Of a stretch of 32,000 bases of DNA, positions 17,298 to 25,880 are shown piece by piece (the first letter of the stretch is position 1; the number at the start of each line of letters is the position of its first letter). The notes under the pieces are model-generated. The model searched no databases. It was not told where the DNA came from and saw only the letters and a program-made list of their open reading frames with translations. Origin of the DNA: Patescibacteria group bacterium (GTDB taxonomy: Bacteria > Patescibacteriota > Patescibacteriia > UBA2591 > UBA6264); contig JAQTOB010000003.1 in the NCBI GenBank assembly GCA_028713575.1, positions 30,001 to 62,000 on the forward strand, written 5' to 3'. A program made the position numbers and the translations under genes.

Positions 17298-17572
17298 TGG
17301 TGGACTTAGGCAGAATTGAGCTGCCGTCTCCGCAACTCGCTCCGTTAGAAATTTAGTATGTGAATCACCGCGCCAAATTCTTAAATAGATAATTCCATTT
17401 TATTTTGAAAGCACTTACAATAATTAGAAGTATAGATTTAGTGTAGGAGTGGACTCGACGAGAATCGAACTCGTATTTCCGCAATGCGAATGCGGTGTAC
17501 TGCCGTTGTACTACGAGCCCTAATTTTCTAACGGGGTGAAAATGCGGCGCACCACTGCTGTACTATAAGCCC
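17298..17572 (-). other. interrupted tRNA-Ala-like gene: 5' half at 17543-17572, 3' half with encoded CCA at 17298-17334, with a 208-nt intervening region
   Basis: 5' half GGGCTTA-TA-GTAC-AGCAGTG-GTGC-G-CCGCA. 3' half TGCGG-AGAC-GGCAG-CTCAATT-CTGCC-TAAGTCC-ACCA. Acceptor pairs 7/7 with G3:U70, the anticodon stem pairs 5/5 and the T stem 5/5. See findings. Confidence 0.6.
17450..17520 (-). tRNA. tRNA-Ala (anticodon CGC), no encoded CCA
   Basis: GGGCTCG-TA-GTAC-AACGGCA-GTAC-A-CCGCA-TTCGCAT-TGCGG-AAAT-ACGAG-TTCGATT-CTCGT-CGAGTCC-A (71 nt). The cloverleaf is perfect and G3:U70 is present. Confidence 0.9.
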
Positions 17573-17602
17573 ATTTGTCAAAATAAAATAAATTTTTATC
17601 AA

Positions 17603-17676
17603 TGCCCCCGGAAGGACTCGAACCCTCAGTCTTTCCCTTAGGACGGGACCGCTCTAATCCATTGAGCTACGGGGGC
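17603..17676 (-). tRNA. tRNA-Arg (anticodon CCU), no encoded CCA
   Basis: GCCCCCG-TA-GCTC-AATGGATTA-GAGC-G-GTCCC-GTCCTAA-GGGAA-AGACT-GAGGG-TTCGAGT-CCTTC-CGGGGGC-A (74 nt). G27:A43 is a mismatch and G32 is unusual. Confidence 0.8.
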
Positions 17677-17743
17677 TTAGTTCTTTTTCGTTTTGCATTG
17701 GAGCCCTGAGGGGACAAATAGCCAGCCCGGAATAATCAATTTA

Positions 17744-17890
17744 TTATTTTATAAACAACTCAGCTAAATTTAAAAGGAAGTCGGTTTGAGAATCAAATAT
17801 AAACAAAACAATCAAGATAGTGAGCATAAGGGCCACAACAAAGAGAATTTTTTTAAATTCTTTTTTTACATTTTTTTGTTCATTTTCCAT
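17744..17890 (-). CDS. possible small single-TM protein (48 aa), below the ORF-track cutoff
   Basis: MENEQKNVKKEFKKILFVVALMLTILIVLFIFDSQTDFLLNLAELFIK: charged N-terminus plus one hydrophobic helix. It lies upstream of the tRNA cluster on the same strand. No homology is recognised. Confidence 0.3.
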   Translation of the reverse strand: MENEQKNVKKEFKKILFVVALMLTILIVLFIFDSQTDFLLNLAELFIK

Positions 17891-18131
17891 AGTGTTAATA
17901 TTTTAATCTTTAAAACCCTTTTGTCAACCCTGTTAAAATCTTCCAAATAATATTTTTAAACAAAAGACGAAAGTCGTTAGACAAAATCGCTTATCAAAAA
18001 TATTTTTATAAAAAATCCGGCTGAATTTTCAGCGGGATTAATTCAATTTTAATTTTAATTATTTTTTAATATGTTTTTTTAAAATAAAATTAGTTATTGG
18101 CCAATTAAATAATCTAGGATTAAGGGGCGAA

Positions 18132-18160
18132 TTGACCAAGTTTAGGTAATTTGTTATAAT
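18132..18160 (+). promoter_or_regulatory. candidate sigma-70-type promoter for the bactofilin gene
   Basis: TTGACC (18132-18137), a 17-nt spacer, then TATAAT (18155-18160), about 38 nt upstream of ATG 18198. Confidence 0.45.
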
Positions 18161-18197
18161 ATTAATATAATTTATTAATAAAATTAATTATTTGTTT

Positions 18198-18605
18198 ATG
18201 CTTGGTAAAGATTCAAAAATAAAATCCGAAGACGCGGAAACAATTATTGGTTCGGGCGTAAAAGTAGAAGGTTCTTTCAACGCTTTTGGAAACGTAATAG
18301 TAAAAGGACAATTAATCGGTTCCTTGGAGACCCAGAGTGACCTCTCTTTGAGAGATACGGGGGTAATTGAGGCCGACATTAAGGCCAAAAACGCCTTCAT
18401 TGCGGGCGAAATTAAAGGAAACCTGGGAATAGAAGAAAAAATAGAATTGGCTTCAACGGCAAAGGTTTTTGGAGATATAAATTGTCGCGTCTTAACAATT
18501 GAAGAGGGGGCAATTCTTAATGGACGGTGTAAGGTGGGTGGCGAATTTTCAAATAATTCTCGGGAAAAGAAAAAATTAAAAGAAGAGCCGGCTGACCTGG
18601 ATTAA
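18198..18605 (+). CDS. bactofilin (DUF583) cytoskeletal protein
   Basis: A repetitive beta-helix pattern (IIGSGVKVEGSFNAFGNVIVKGQLIGSL...IEADIKAKNAFIAGEIKGNL...AKVFGDINCRVLTIEEGAILNGRCKV) with a charged C-terminal tail. Confidence 0.85.
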   Translation: MLGKDSKIKSEDAETIIGSGVKVEGSFNAFGNVIVKGQLIGSLETQSDLSLRDTGVIEADIKAKNAFIAGEIKGNLGIEEKIELASTAKVFGDINCRVLTIEEGAILNGRCKVGGEFSNNSREKKKLKEEPADLD

Positions 18606-18661
18606 AATTATTATAGGCTTTATTTTTGTAAGCGGATTATAAAAATATAATCCATAAATAT

Positions 18662-19444
18662 ATGTATTTTTATATTTACGATTCTTTTTTAGCTGAAAAA
18701 AAATATCTTAGGATTCTTTCTAAAATAGAAACGAGATTGGCTAGTTTGGACATTGCCGGGAAAAAATATCAACTTTCTATTTTAAGAAGTGTTAAAGAAA
18801 TAGTGGACGAAATCCTTACAAAAGAATCGCCCACCATTATTGTTGTTGGCGGAGACCAAACTTTTTATCAAGCGGCCTTAGCCGCGGCCGGGACATCGGC
18901 GGTTTTGGGATTTATCCCCACAGAACAAGATTCTTTGGTCGCTGGAATTTTGGGCCTGCCGATTAATGAATGTTCTTGTGATATTATTTCCGCCCGACGA
19001 ATAGAGGAAATTAACACGGGGAGAATCAACAACGAAAGATTTTTTTCCTCAATAATTTTTGAAGCGAATAAAACAACCATTAAGGCGGACGAAAAATACG
19101 AGATAGTTCCTCAAAAAATAAAATTAATTAAGGTTATCAATTTAGATATGTTGTGTTTTGATAAAATTTTTTCCGAACCGGACTGGCCAAGATTGGCCAG
19201 TAATCCCAAAGATAACCAATTAGAAGTTTTAATGGGAACTCCAGAAAGAAAACTTTTATTTTTTAAAAAAAAGGAGAAAAGAGACAGCTTGTTTTTTGTT
19301 AAAAAATTAGAAATAAAATCTAAAAAACACGACCAAGAAATTTTAATTAAAGTTGATCGCCATCGAACAGTTAAAACGCCGGCGGTGGTAAAAACCGCCA
19401 AAGAAAAAATTAATTTAATTGTAGGAAAAGACAGAATTGTTTAA
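18662..19444 (+). CDS. divergent diacylglycerol-kinase-catalytic-domain (YegS/BmrU-like) protein
   Basis: The layout ...TIIVVGGDQTFYQAALAAAGTSAVLGFIPTEQDSLVAGILGLP parallels the GGDGT ... G.LP.GT.ND.A..LG.P signature, but both motifs are degenerate (GGDQT, TEQDS). Confidence 0.5.
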   Translation: MYFYIYDSFLAEKKYLRILSKIETRLASLDIAGKKYQLSILRSVKEIVDEILTKESPTIIVVGGDQTFYQAALAAAGTSAVLGFIPTEQDSLVAGILGLPINECSCDIISARRIEEINTGRINNERFFSSIIFEANKTTIKADEKYEIVPQKIKLIKVINLDMLCFDKIFSEPDWPRLASNPKDNQLEVLMGTPERKLLFFKKKEKRDSLFFVKKLEIKSKKHDQEILIKVDRHRTVKTPAVVKTAKEKINLIVGKDRIV

Positions 19445-19484
19445 TGTTTTAAAAAACAAAGAATTAAACAAATTAATAATTAAA

Positions 19485-20999
19485 ATGAAAATACTTTTTG
19501 TTGCTTCAGAAGTAAATCCAATTATAAAAGTGGGGGGGATTGCCGATGTTGTTGGCTCTTTAAGTAAAGAGATAAAAAAATTTGGTCAAGATGTAAGAAT
19601 AGTTATTCCTTTTTATCGGATTTTAAGAGGAAGAAAATTTTTAAAAAAAGCTTTGTTTAAAATTCAAATTGACGGAAAGGGGGAAACCGTGGAAGTTTTT
19701 CAAACATTTTTGCCCCGCATTGGCGGCCGGTCAAAAATAAGCGTTTATTTGATAAAAAATAGCCATTATCTTATTGAAAAAGGGGTTTATTTAGACACGA
19801 GAAAATTTTTACATTTATCCAGATTTTTGTTTTTTTCCAAAGCGGTTACAGAAATGTTTCCTGCCATTAATTGGACACCCGAAATTATTCATTGTCACGA
19901 TTGGCACGCCGGAGCAATTCCTTTATTTTTAAAAGTTAATCAAAATCAAATTCATTTAACGGGCAGAGGAAAATTGATTTTAAACAAAGAAGACCTTAAA
20001 ATTAAAAAAATAAAAACTTTGTTTACCATTCACAATCTTTTAACCCAGGGCTATTGGAATCATTCGCGAGTCATAGAATTTTTAGGATTAAAAGGAGATG
20101 AAGCGCCTTCTTTATTTGAAAAATCATCAGGACCCTACGGAGACAATTTCAATGTTGTCCAACAGGCGATTCTTAATGCGGATTTAATCAATGCGGTCAG
20201 TCCGACTTATGCAAAAGAAATAAAAACAAATTCTTATTATGCCCGAGGATTGGACCAAACAATAAAAAAAAGAAAAAAAGACATATTTGGCATTCTCAAC
20301 GGAATTGAAATAAAGTTGTTTAATCCATCAACGGATAAATACATAAAGAAAAATTATTCTTTAAAAACAATAAATTTAAAAGAAATCAATAAAACAGAAT
20401 TACAAAAAGAGGCGGGTTTGGAAAAAAATTTGAAAATTCCGTTATTGGCGGTGATTTCTCGTTTAGATGTTCAAAAGGGAATAGATTTAATTTATAAATC
20501 AGCCAATCAGATTCTTAAAAAAGGCGCGCAAATAGTTTTTTTAGGGCAAGGAGACAAAAAATATGAAGAAGCACTGTTAAAAATTGCCCGGAATTATCCC
20601 GGGCGGATGTCTGTTTACATTAAATTTGACGCCGAATTAGCTCAACGAATTTATGCCGGCGCTGATATTTTTTTAATGCCCTCCCGCTTTGAACCATGCG
20701 GTTTAGTTCAGTTGATTGCCATGCGGTACGGAACCATTCCGGTGGTAAGAGAAACCGGGGGACTAAAAGACACAGTAGAAAAAGCAAAAGTAACCAAGGG
20801 AAAAATCGTCAGAGGAACAGGATTTGTTTTTAAAAAATATTCATCACAAGCATTTTTGAACAGTATTAATCAGGCCTTGAGTTTTTATAAACAACCGAAC
20901 ATTTGGCGACAGCTACAAAAAAATGCCATGAAAAGAGATTTTTCTTGGAAAAAATCAGCGGGAGAATATCTAAAAATATATAAGAAACTATTAAAATAA
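19485..20999 (+). CDS. glgA: glycogen/starch synthase (GT5)
   Basis: MKILFVASEVNPIIKVGGIADVVGSL (KxGGL-type motif), HCHDWHAG, TIHNL..QG, LLAVISRLDVQKG, MPSRFEPCGLVQLIAMRYGTIPVVRETGGLKDTV. ATG 19485 is preferred to the track's TTG 19437. Confidence 0.85.
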   Translation: MKILFVASEVNPIIKVGGIADVVGSLSKEIKKFGQDVRIVIPFYRILRGRKFLKKALFKIQIDGKGETVEVFQTFLPRIGGRSKISVYLIKNSHYLIEKGVYLDTRKFLHLSRFLFFSKAVTEMFPAINWTPEIIHCHDWHAGAIPLFLKVNQNQIHLTGRGKLILNKEDLKIKKIKTLFTIHNLLTQGYWNHSRVIEFLGLKGDEAPSLFEKSSGPYGDNFNVVQQAILNADLINAVSPTYAKEIKTNSYYARGLDQTIKKRKKDIFGILNGIEIKLFNPSTDKYIKKNYSLKTINLKEINKTELQKEAGLEKNLKIPLLAVISRLDVQKGIDLIYKSANQILKKGAQIVFLGQGDKKYEEALLKIARNYPGRMSVYIKFDAELAQRIYAGADIFLMPSRFEPCGLVQLIAMRYGTIPVVRETGGLKDTVEKAKVTKGKIVRGTGFVFKKYSSQAFLNSINQALSFYKQPNIWRQLQKNAMKRDFSWKKSAGEYLKIYKKLLK

Positions 21000-21080
21000 A
21001 CATTAAAATTATTACAAATCTCATTAGAAATAGAGTTTCCAATGAGGTTGAAGGGATTAATTTATTTAATTTTTAACGGA

Positions 21081-21710
21081 ATGAAAATTACCTGGTACGG
21101 ACAATCTTGTTTTAAATTACAAAACAATCAAGAAATTGTTATTATTGATCCTCGGGGCCCAAAAAAAGTGGGACTGAAAGGACCAAGCCTAAAAGCAACA
21201 ATTTTTATTTTAACTGACCCCGATGATAAAAAAGTTTTAGAAATAAAAGACGGAATGATAATCAATTCCCCGGGGGAATATGAAGTAAAAGGGATTATGG
21301 TTTATGGAATAGATTGTTCAAGGAAAAATAAAAATTTAATAATTTATCAAGTTGAAATAGATAAAATTAAATATGGATTTTTAGGAGAAATAAATACCCA
21401 GCTTAAAAGCGAAGAATTAGAACACTTGGACGGAATAGATGTTTTATTTGTTCCTGTTGGAGGAAAAGATGCGCTTAATGCAGATAAGGCCGTAGAAATA
21501 ATTAACTCTGTTGAGCCAAAAATTGTCATTCCTTGTTGTTATAAATCTGCCAGCTGGCAGACTAAAATTAAAACAAACATCGGAACATTGGACGAATTTT
21601 TAAAAGAAATGGGAGTTAAAAAGGTGGAAAAATTAGAAAAACTTTTATTGAATAAAAAGGATTTACCAACAGAAGAAACTAAGGTTATTATCTTGGAACC
21701 TAAAATTTAA
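21081..21710 (+). CDS. MBL-fold (UPF0173/Lactamase_B_3-like) protein lacking the HxHxDH motif
   Basis: MKITWYGQSCFKLQ...IVIIDP is a typical N-terminus of this family. The position of THxHxDH reads LTDPDDKKV, and the protein has only one His. Confidence 0.55.
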   Translation: MKITWYGQSCFKLQNNQEIVIIDPRGPKKVGLKGPSLKATIFILTDPDDKKVLEIKDGMIINSPGEYEVKGIMVYGIDCSRKNKNLIIYQVEIDKIKYGFLGEINTQLKSEELEHLDGIDVLFVPVGGKDALNADKAVEIINSVEPKIVIPCCYKSASWQTKIKTNIGTLDEFLKEMGVKKVEKLEKLLLNKKDLPTEETKVIILEPKI

Positions 21711-21714
21711 AATT

Positions 21715-21987
21715 ATGTTGAAAGGAGCTCTAAATGTTATTGTAATTATAATTTTTATCTTTATTTTTTTGGTTTGGTTTCTTGATTTAACCGCCTCTAA
21801 CCAGACGGAAGGCAATTTAATTAAAATGCTTGAGGGGGCGGTAATTGAAGCGGGGAAATCTTTTAAAGAATTTAAAGATAACATAAACCTGTTTAGGGGC
21901 GAAAAATCTTTCGTGCCATTAAATGAAACAGAAATAGATATTTTAAAAGAAAAAATTTTACAGCATGAAGATGAAGAAAAAAAATAA
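21715..21987 (+). CDS. hypothetical small membrane protein (90 aa)
   Basis: N-terminal TM ([16 protein letters not shown]). It overlaps the gyrA start by 23 nt. No motif is recognised. Confidence 0.4.
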   Translation: MLKGALNVIVIIIFIFIFLVWFLDLTASNQTEGNLIKMLEGAVIEAGKSFKEFKDNINLFRGEKSFVPLNETEIDILKEKILQHEDEEKK

Positions 21988-24900
21988 AAAACCTGAAATT
22001 AATAAAAAAGAAAATTTGTTAAACGGGCCTTCTATAGAAATTAGAAAAGAAAAGATAGAGTTAGTTGACATGGAGCAAGAAGTCAGCCGCTGTTATATAG
22101 ATTACGCCATGAGTGTTATTGTTTCTCGCGCTCTTCCTGACGTGCGTGATGGTTTAAAGCCGGTTCATCGACGAATCCTCTATGCAATGTTTGAAATGGG
22201 CTTAAAACCCAATGTTAAATATAGAAAATCGGCAACAGTGGTAGGAGAAGTTTTGGGGAAATTTCATCCACATGGCGACGCCGCGGTTTATGACGCCATG
22301 GTAAGAATGGCTCAGGACTTTTCTTTACGTTATCCTTTAATTGATGGCCAAGGGAACTGGGGGTCTAATGAAGATGAGGCGGCCCATATGAGATACTGTA
22401 TTGGCGGAAATTCATTGGTTATTACTAATAGATGTTTAGAGAGGATAGAGAACATCTCAAAGAAAGAGAATATAAACATCAAAGTACTTTCCTTTGACAA
22501 TAAAATAAACAGGGCGTCAAAATGGTTTGATTCGGGACTCCACCCCACTTTAACCGTTAGGACGTTCAGGGGGATGACTCTTTGTGGAAGCTTTAACCAT
22601 CCCATTTTGACCTGGGATTTAAACGGAGAAAAGCCGGGATTCAAGTGGAAGTTGTTGGAAAATTTGGAGAAAAACGATTACGCGGTGATTTCCAGGAGCG
22701 ATCCGCTTTGGTCCGGGAAAGACCCTCTTTTGAAAAAATTCCATCAAATCCCCGTAAACAAAAGGACGAAAGTTCACGTTTTGCCCAAGAAAATGACACC
22801 GGAATTGGCTTTTATTCTCGGAGCGATAATCGCCGAAGGATATACGGCTAAGGGATATCGCAATTCGGGGAGCAAAAAATGGCAGCCGCCGTATATCGGA
22901 TTTTGTAACAGTAATGAAGAATTTATAGAAAAATTCAAGCAGAATTTCAAAAAAACATTTCCAGACTGCCGTTTACATGAATTTAAACGCCGGTCGCAGG
23001 GGCGGACCAGAAAAAAATACGTTTTGGAAGTCCGCTCAAAACACGTAGTCGATTTTTTAATAAACCTCGGTTTGAAACATTGTCGGGCCGGAGACAAAAC
23101 TGTTCCTCCGGCGTTGTTCCACGCTTCTCCCAAAACGATAACCACTTTTCTTAGGGCCTATGCGGAGGGCGAAGGCAGCGTTTATGAGAGCGTGAATAAA
23201 AAAAGAAAAAGCGTTTATTCAACCGTCGTTTTGGCTTCCAAGGGAAAACGATTATTGGAAGAGATTCAAATTATTCTGTTAAGATTAGGGATAGTCTCTT
23301 CCTTCAGGAACAAAAAACAGAGAAATACACACAGATTATTTATCTTTGGTTACGATAATCTGAATCTGTTTCGGCAACATATCAATTTTGTTTCTCACGA
23401 CAAAATTAGTCGTCTTCTGAAATCCATACAGAATAACGGGGGAGATAAAGCCATATCCAAAGCGGATTATATCCCTTTCATGACAGAGTATATAAGAGAT
23501 AAATACAAGAAAAAGCGGTCCGTGATTCACGAGGACCAAAAGTGGATAGAAAAGCACAATTTTGATAGATTGCCGAAAATAAAAAATTACTGGGACAAAA
23601 TCAAATCCATTCTCGATGAAGGCGATGTAAAATTACTCAATAGTCTAATAAAAAATAATTATTTATTTGACAAAATTGTTTCAATCAGAAAGAGCGGTTT
23701 TCAAAAAGTCTATTCTCTAAAAGTAGAAAGCGATTGTCATTCTTTTATTTCCAATGGTTTTATCAGCCACAACACCGAGTGTCGTCTGGCGCCCATTGCC
23801 GAAGAGGTTTTGGCTGACATTGACAAAAAAACAGTTGACCTAATTTCCAACTATGATGGAACATTAAAAGAGCCCGTTGTTCTTCCAACAAAAATTCCCA
23901 CTTTAATTCTCAATGGTTCAATGGGAATCGCCGTAGGGATGGCCACTAATATTCCCCCTCACAATCTAACGGAAGTTTGCAACGCCCTAAATTATTTAAT
24001 TGACCATCCTGAGGCAGAAATAGAAGAAATTTTTAAATTTATTAATGGGCCCGATTTTCCAACGGGCGGCATTATTTTTAATTCTGATCAGATAAAACAA
24101 GTTTACGCCATTGGTAAGGGCCCGATTTTAATGAGAGCTAAAACAGAAATTATTGAAAAAAATCTTAGTAGTTTTTGCATCATTATCAACGAACTTCCTT
24201 ATCAAGTTAATAAAGCCGTTCTTTTACAAAAAATTGCCGAGTTAGTAAAAGACAAAAGAATTGAGGATATTAAGGATATTCGCGACGAGTCAGACAGAGA
24301 GGGAATCAGAATTGTTATTGAGCTTAAAAAGGGAGCATATCCTCAAAAGGTTTTAAACAAACTTTTTAAGCTTACTGATTTACAAATGACTTTTCATGTT
24401 AATATGGTTTCTTTAATTAATGGAATCCAGCCAAGAGTTATGGGATTAAAGGGGGTTTTAGAAGAGTATATTCAACACCGTCAAATTATTGTTAGACGAA
24501 GAAGTGAGTATGATTTGGAAAAAACAAACGAAAGAATTCACATTTTAAAAGGGTTGCAAACGGCATTGGACCATTTAGACGAGATTATAAAAATAATCAG
24601 ACATTCTCAGGACAGAGAAACTGCTAAAAATAATTTAATAAAAAAATATAGATTAACCGAGGTTCAGGCTCAGGCAATATTAGAGACAAAACTTCATCAA
24701 TTAGCTAACTTAGAAAGACAAAAAATTAAAGAGGAATTAAAAGAAAAAATTCAAAAAGCCAAAGAATTAGAAACATTACTCGCTCAACCCAAAATGATTT
24801 TAGACATTATAAAGAAAGAAACCAAAGAATTAAAAGAAAAATATGGGGACGAAAGAAGGACCCAGGTGGTTTCTCAAGGGGTGGAAAATTTTAAGGAAGA

Positions 24901-25873
24901 AGATTTAGTCCCCAATGAGCCGGCGATTATTATTATTACTCAAGACGGTTATATAAAAAGAATTTCTCCAGAAAATTTTAAAATTCAGGCGAGAGGAGGA
25001 AAGGGGGTGACGGGATTAGAAATCAAAGAAGAAGATAGAGTTCAACATTTAATTGCTACAACCACTCATGCTAATGTTTTGTTTTTTACCACAAAAGGAA
25101 AAGTTTTTCAATTAAAAACCTATGACGTTCCTCAGGCACAACGGGCCGCCAAAGGACAGGCGTTAGTTAATTTTTTAGAAACAGGACCACAAGAAAAAAT
25201 ATCTTCAATTTTGCCGATTTCAGATTTGAAAAATTATAAAAATTTAGTGATGGTTACGCGACAAGGGGTTATTAAAAAAGTTTCCATTAATGATTTTATT
25301 AACGTTAGAAGGTCGGGGTTGATTGCCATTAAATTAAAAGACAATGATGTTTTAAGGTGGGTGAAGCCCACAACAGGCAATGATGAAATAGTTTTGATTT
25401 CGGCCCTAGGACAGGCTATTAAATTTAAAGAAAAAGATTTAAGACCAATGGGGCGGGGAGCCACAGGCGTGAGGGGGATGAGAATAAAAAATCAGGATTT
25501 TATTGTTGGGATGGATGTTTATCAGGCCGGAAAAACAAATATTAATAACAAATTATTAGTAATTACTGAAAATGGCTTTGGAAAAATGACATTAATAAAA
25601 GATTATCGTTTTCAGCATCGGGGAGGGTCCGGCACTAAAACCGCTAAAATTACAGATAAAACAGGGAAAATTGTTGATGCTAGACTAATTAATGAAAAAG
25701 ATTTGCCCAATCACATAAAAGGAGATTTATTACTTATTTCTCAGCAGGGGCAGACCATCCGCTTGCCGATTAAAAGCATTCCCACCATGAGCCGGTCAAC
25801 CCAGGGAGTGAGATTAATGCGCTTTTCAGCCAAAAACGGGAAGGACCAAGTAAGCTCTTCAACCTTAATTTAA
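21965..25873 (+). CDS. gyrA: DNA gyrase subunit A, interrupted by an in-frame intein (extein about 843 aa)
   Basis: [58 protein letters not shown] then intein then [30 protein letters not shown], and C-terminal beta-pinwheel repeats ([42 protein letters not shown]). Confidence 0.95.
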   Translation: MKMKKKNKKPEINKKENLLNGPSIEIRKEKIELVDMEQEVSRCYIDYAMSVIVSRALPDVRDGLKPVHRRILYAMFEMGLKPNVKYRKSATVVGEVLGKFHPHGDAAVYDAMVRMAQDFSLRYPLIDGQGNWGSNEDEAAHMRYCIGGNSLVITNRCLERIENISKKENINIKVLSFDNKINRASKWFDSGLHPTLTVRTFRGMTLCGSFNHPILTWDLNGEKPGFKWKLLENLEKNDYAVISRSDPLWSGKDPLLKKFHQIPVNKRTKVHVLPKKMTPELAFILGAIIAEGYTAKGYRNSGSKKWQPPYIGFCNSNEEFIEKFKQNFKKTFPDCRLHEFKRRSQGRTRKKYVLEVRSKHVVDFLINLGLKHCRAGDKTVPPALFHASPKTITTFLRAYAEGEGSVYESVNKKRKSVYSTVVLASKGKRLLEEIQIILLRLGIVSSFRNKKQRNTHRLFIFGYDNLNLFRQHINFVSHDKISRLLKSIQNNGGDKAISKADYIPFMTEYIRDKYKKKRSVIHEDQKWIEKHNFDRLPKIKNYWDKIKSILDEGDVKLLNSLIKNNYLFDKIVSIRKSGFQKVYSLKVESDCHSFISNGFISHNTECRLAPIAEEVLADIDKKTVDLISNYDGTLKEPVVLPTKIPTLILNGSMGIAVGMATNIPPHNLTEVCNALNYLIDHPEAEIEEIFKFINGPDFPTGGIIFNSDQIKQVYAIGKGPILMRAKTEIIEKNLSSFCIIINELPYQVNKAVLLQKIAELVKDKRIEDIKDIRDESDREGIRIVIELKKGAYPQKVLNKLFKLTDLQMTFHVNMVSLINGIQPRVMGLKGVLEEYIQHRQIIVRRRSEYDLEKTNERIHILKGLQTALDHLDEIIKIIRHSQDRETAKNNLIKKYRLTEVQAQAILETKLHQLANLERQKIKEELKEKIQKAKELETLLAQPKMILDIIKKETKELKEKYGDERRTQVVSQGVENFKEEDLVPNEPAIIIITQDGYIKRISPENFKIQARGGKGVTGLEIKEEDRVQHLIATTTHANVLFFTTKGKVFQLKTYDVPQAQRAAKGQALVNFLETGPQEKISSILPISDLKNYKNLVMVTRQGVIKKVSINDFINVRRSGLIAIKLKDNDVLRWVKPTTGNDEIVLISALGQAIKFKEKDLRPMGRGATGVRGMRIKNQDFIVGMDVYQAGKTNINNKLLVITENGFGKMTLIKDYRFQHRGGSGTKTAKITDKTGKIVDARLINEKDLPNHIKGDLLLISQQGQTIRLPIKSIPTMSRSTQGVRLMRFSAKNGKDQVSSSTLI
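22397..23773 (+). mobile_element. GyrA intein (459 aa) with a LAGLIDADG (dodecapeptide) homing-endonuclease domain, inserted directly after the catalytic Tyr
   Basis: Starts with Cys (MRY|CIGGNSLV). Block B is GSFNHPILT, the DOD motifs are [13 protein letters not shown] and [12 protein letters not shown], and blocks F/G are [22 protein letters not shown]|T. It is collinear in my recollection with the Mycobacterium xenopi GyrA intein (CITGDALV...GTANHPLL...YSLRVDTADHAFITNGFVSHN). Confidence 0.9.
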
Positions 25874-25880
25874 TTAATAT

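Noticed and set aside
17335-17542. The interruption could be a self-splicing group I intron in the anticodon loop; the 5' exon ends in U and the insert ends in G.
   Set aside because: I could not recognise a P3-P7 core or a G-binding site by eye. About a third of the insert is a complete tRNA cloverleaf. U/G at the junctions is weak evidence on its own.
17298-17572. The outer tRNA-Ala-like element could be tmRNA (ssrA): G3:U70 acceptor, T arm, encoded CCA, and a long helix joining 5' and 3' parts.
   Set aside because: The 5' part has a real D arm and an anticodon-stem strand rather than the tmRNA GGxUUCGAC-type D-analogue. The interior is only about 200 nt and is mostly occupied by a canonical tRNA. 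The candidate tag frames (for example AFKIKWNYLFKNLAR*) do not end in the usual hydrophobic ..LAA-type tail. It remains worth a covariance-model check.
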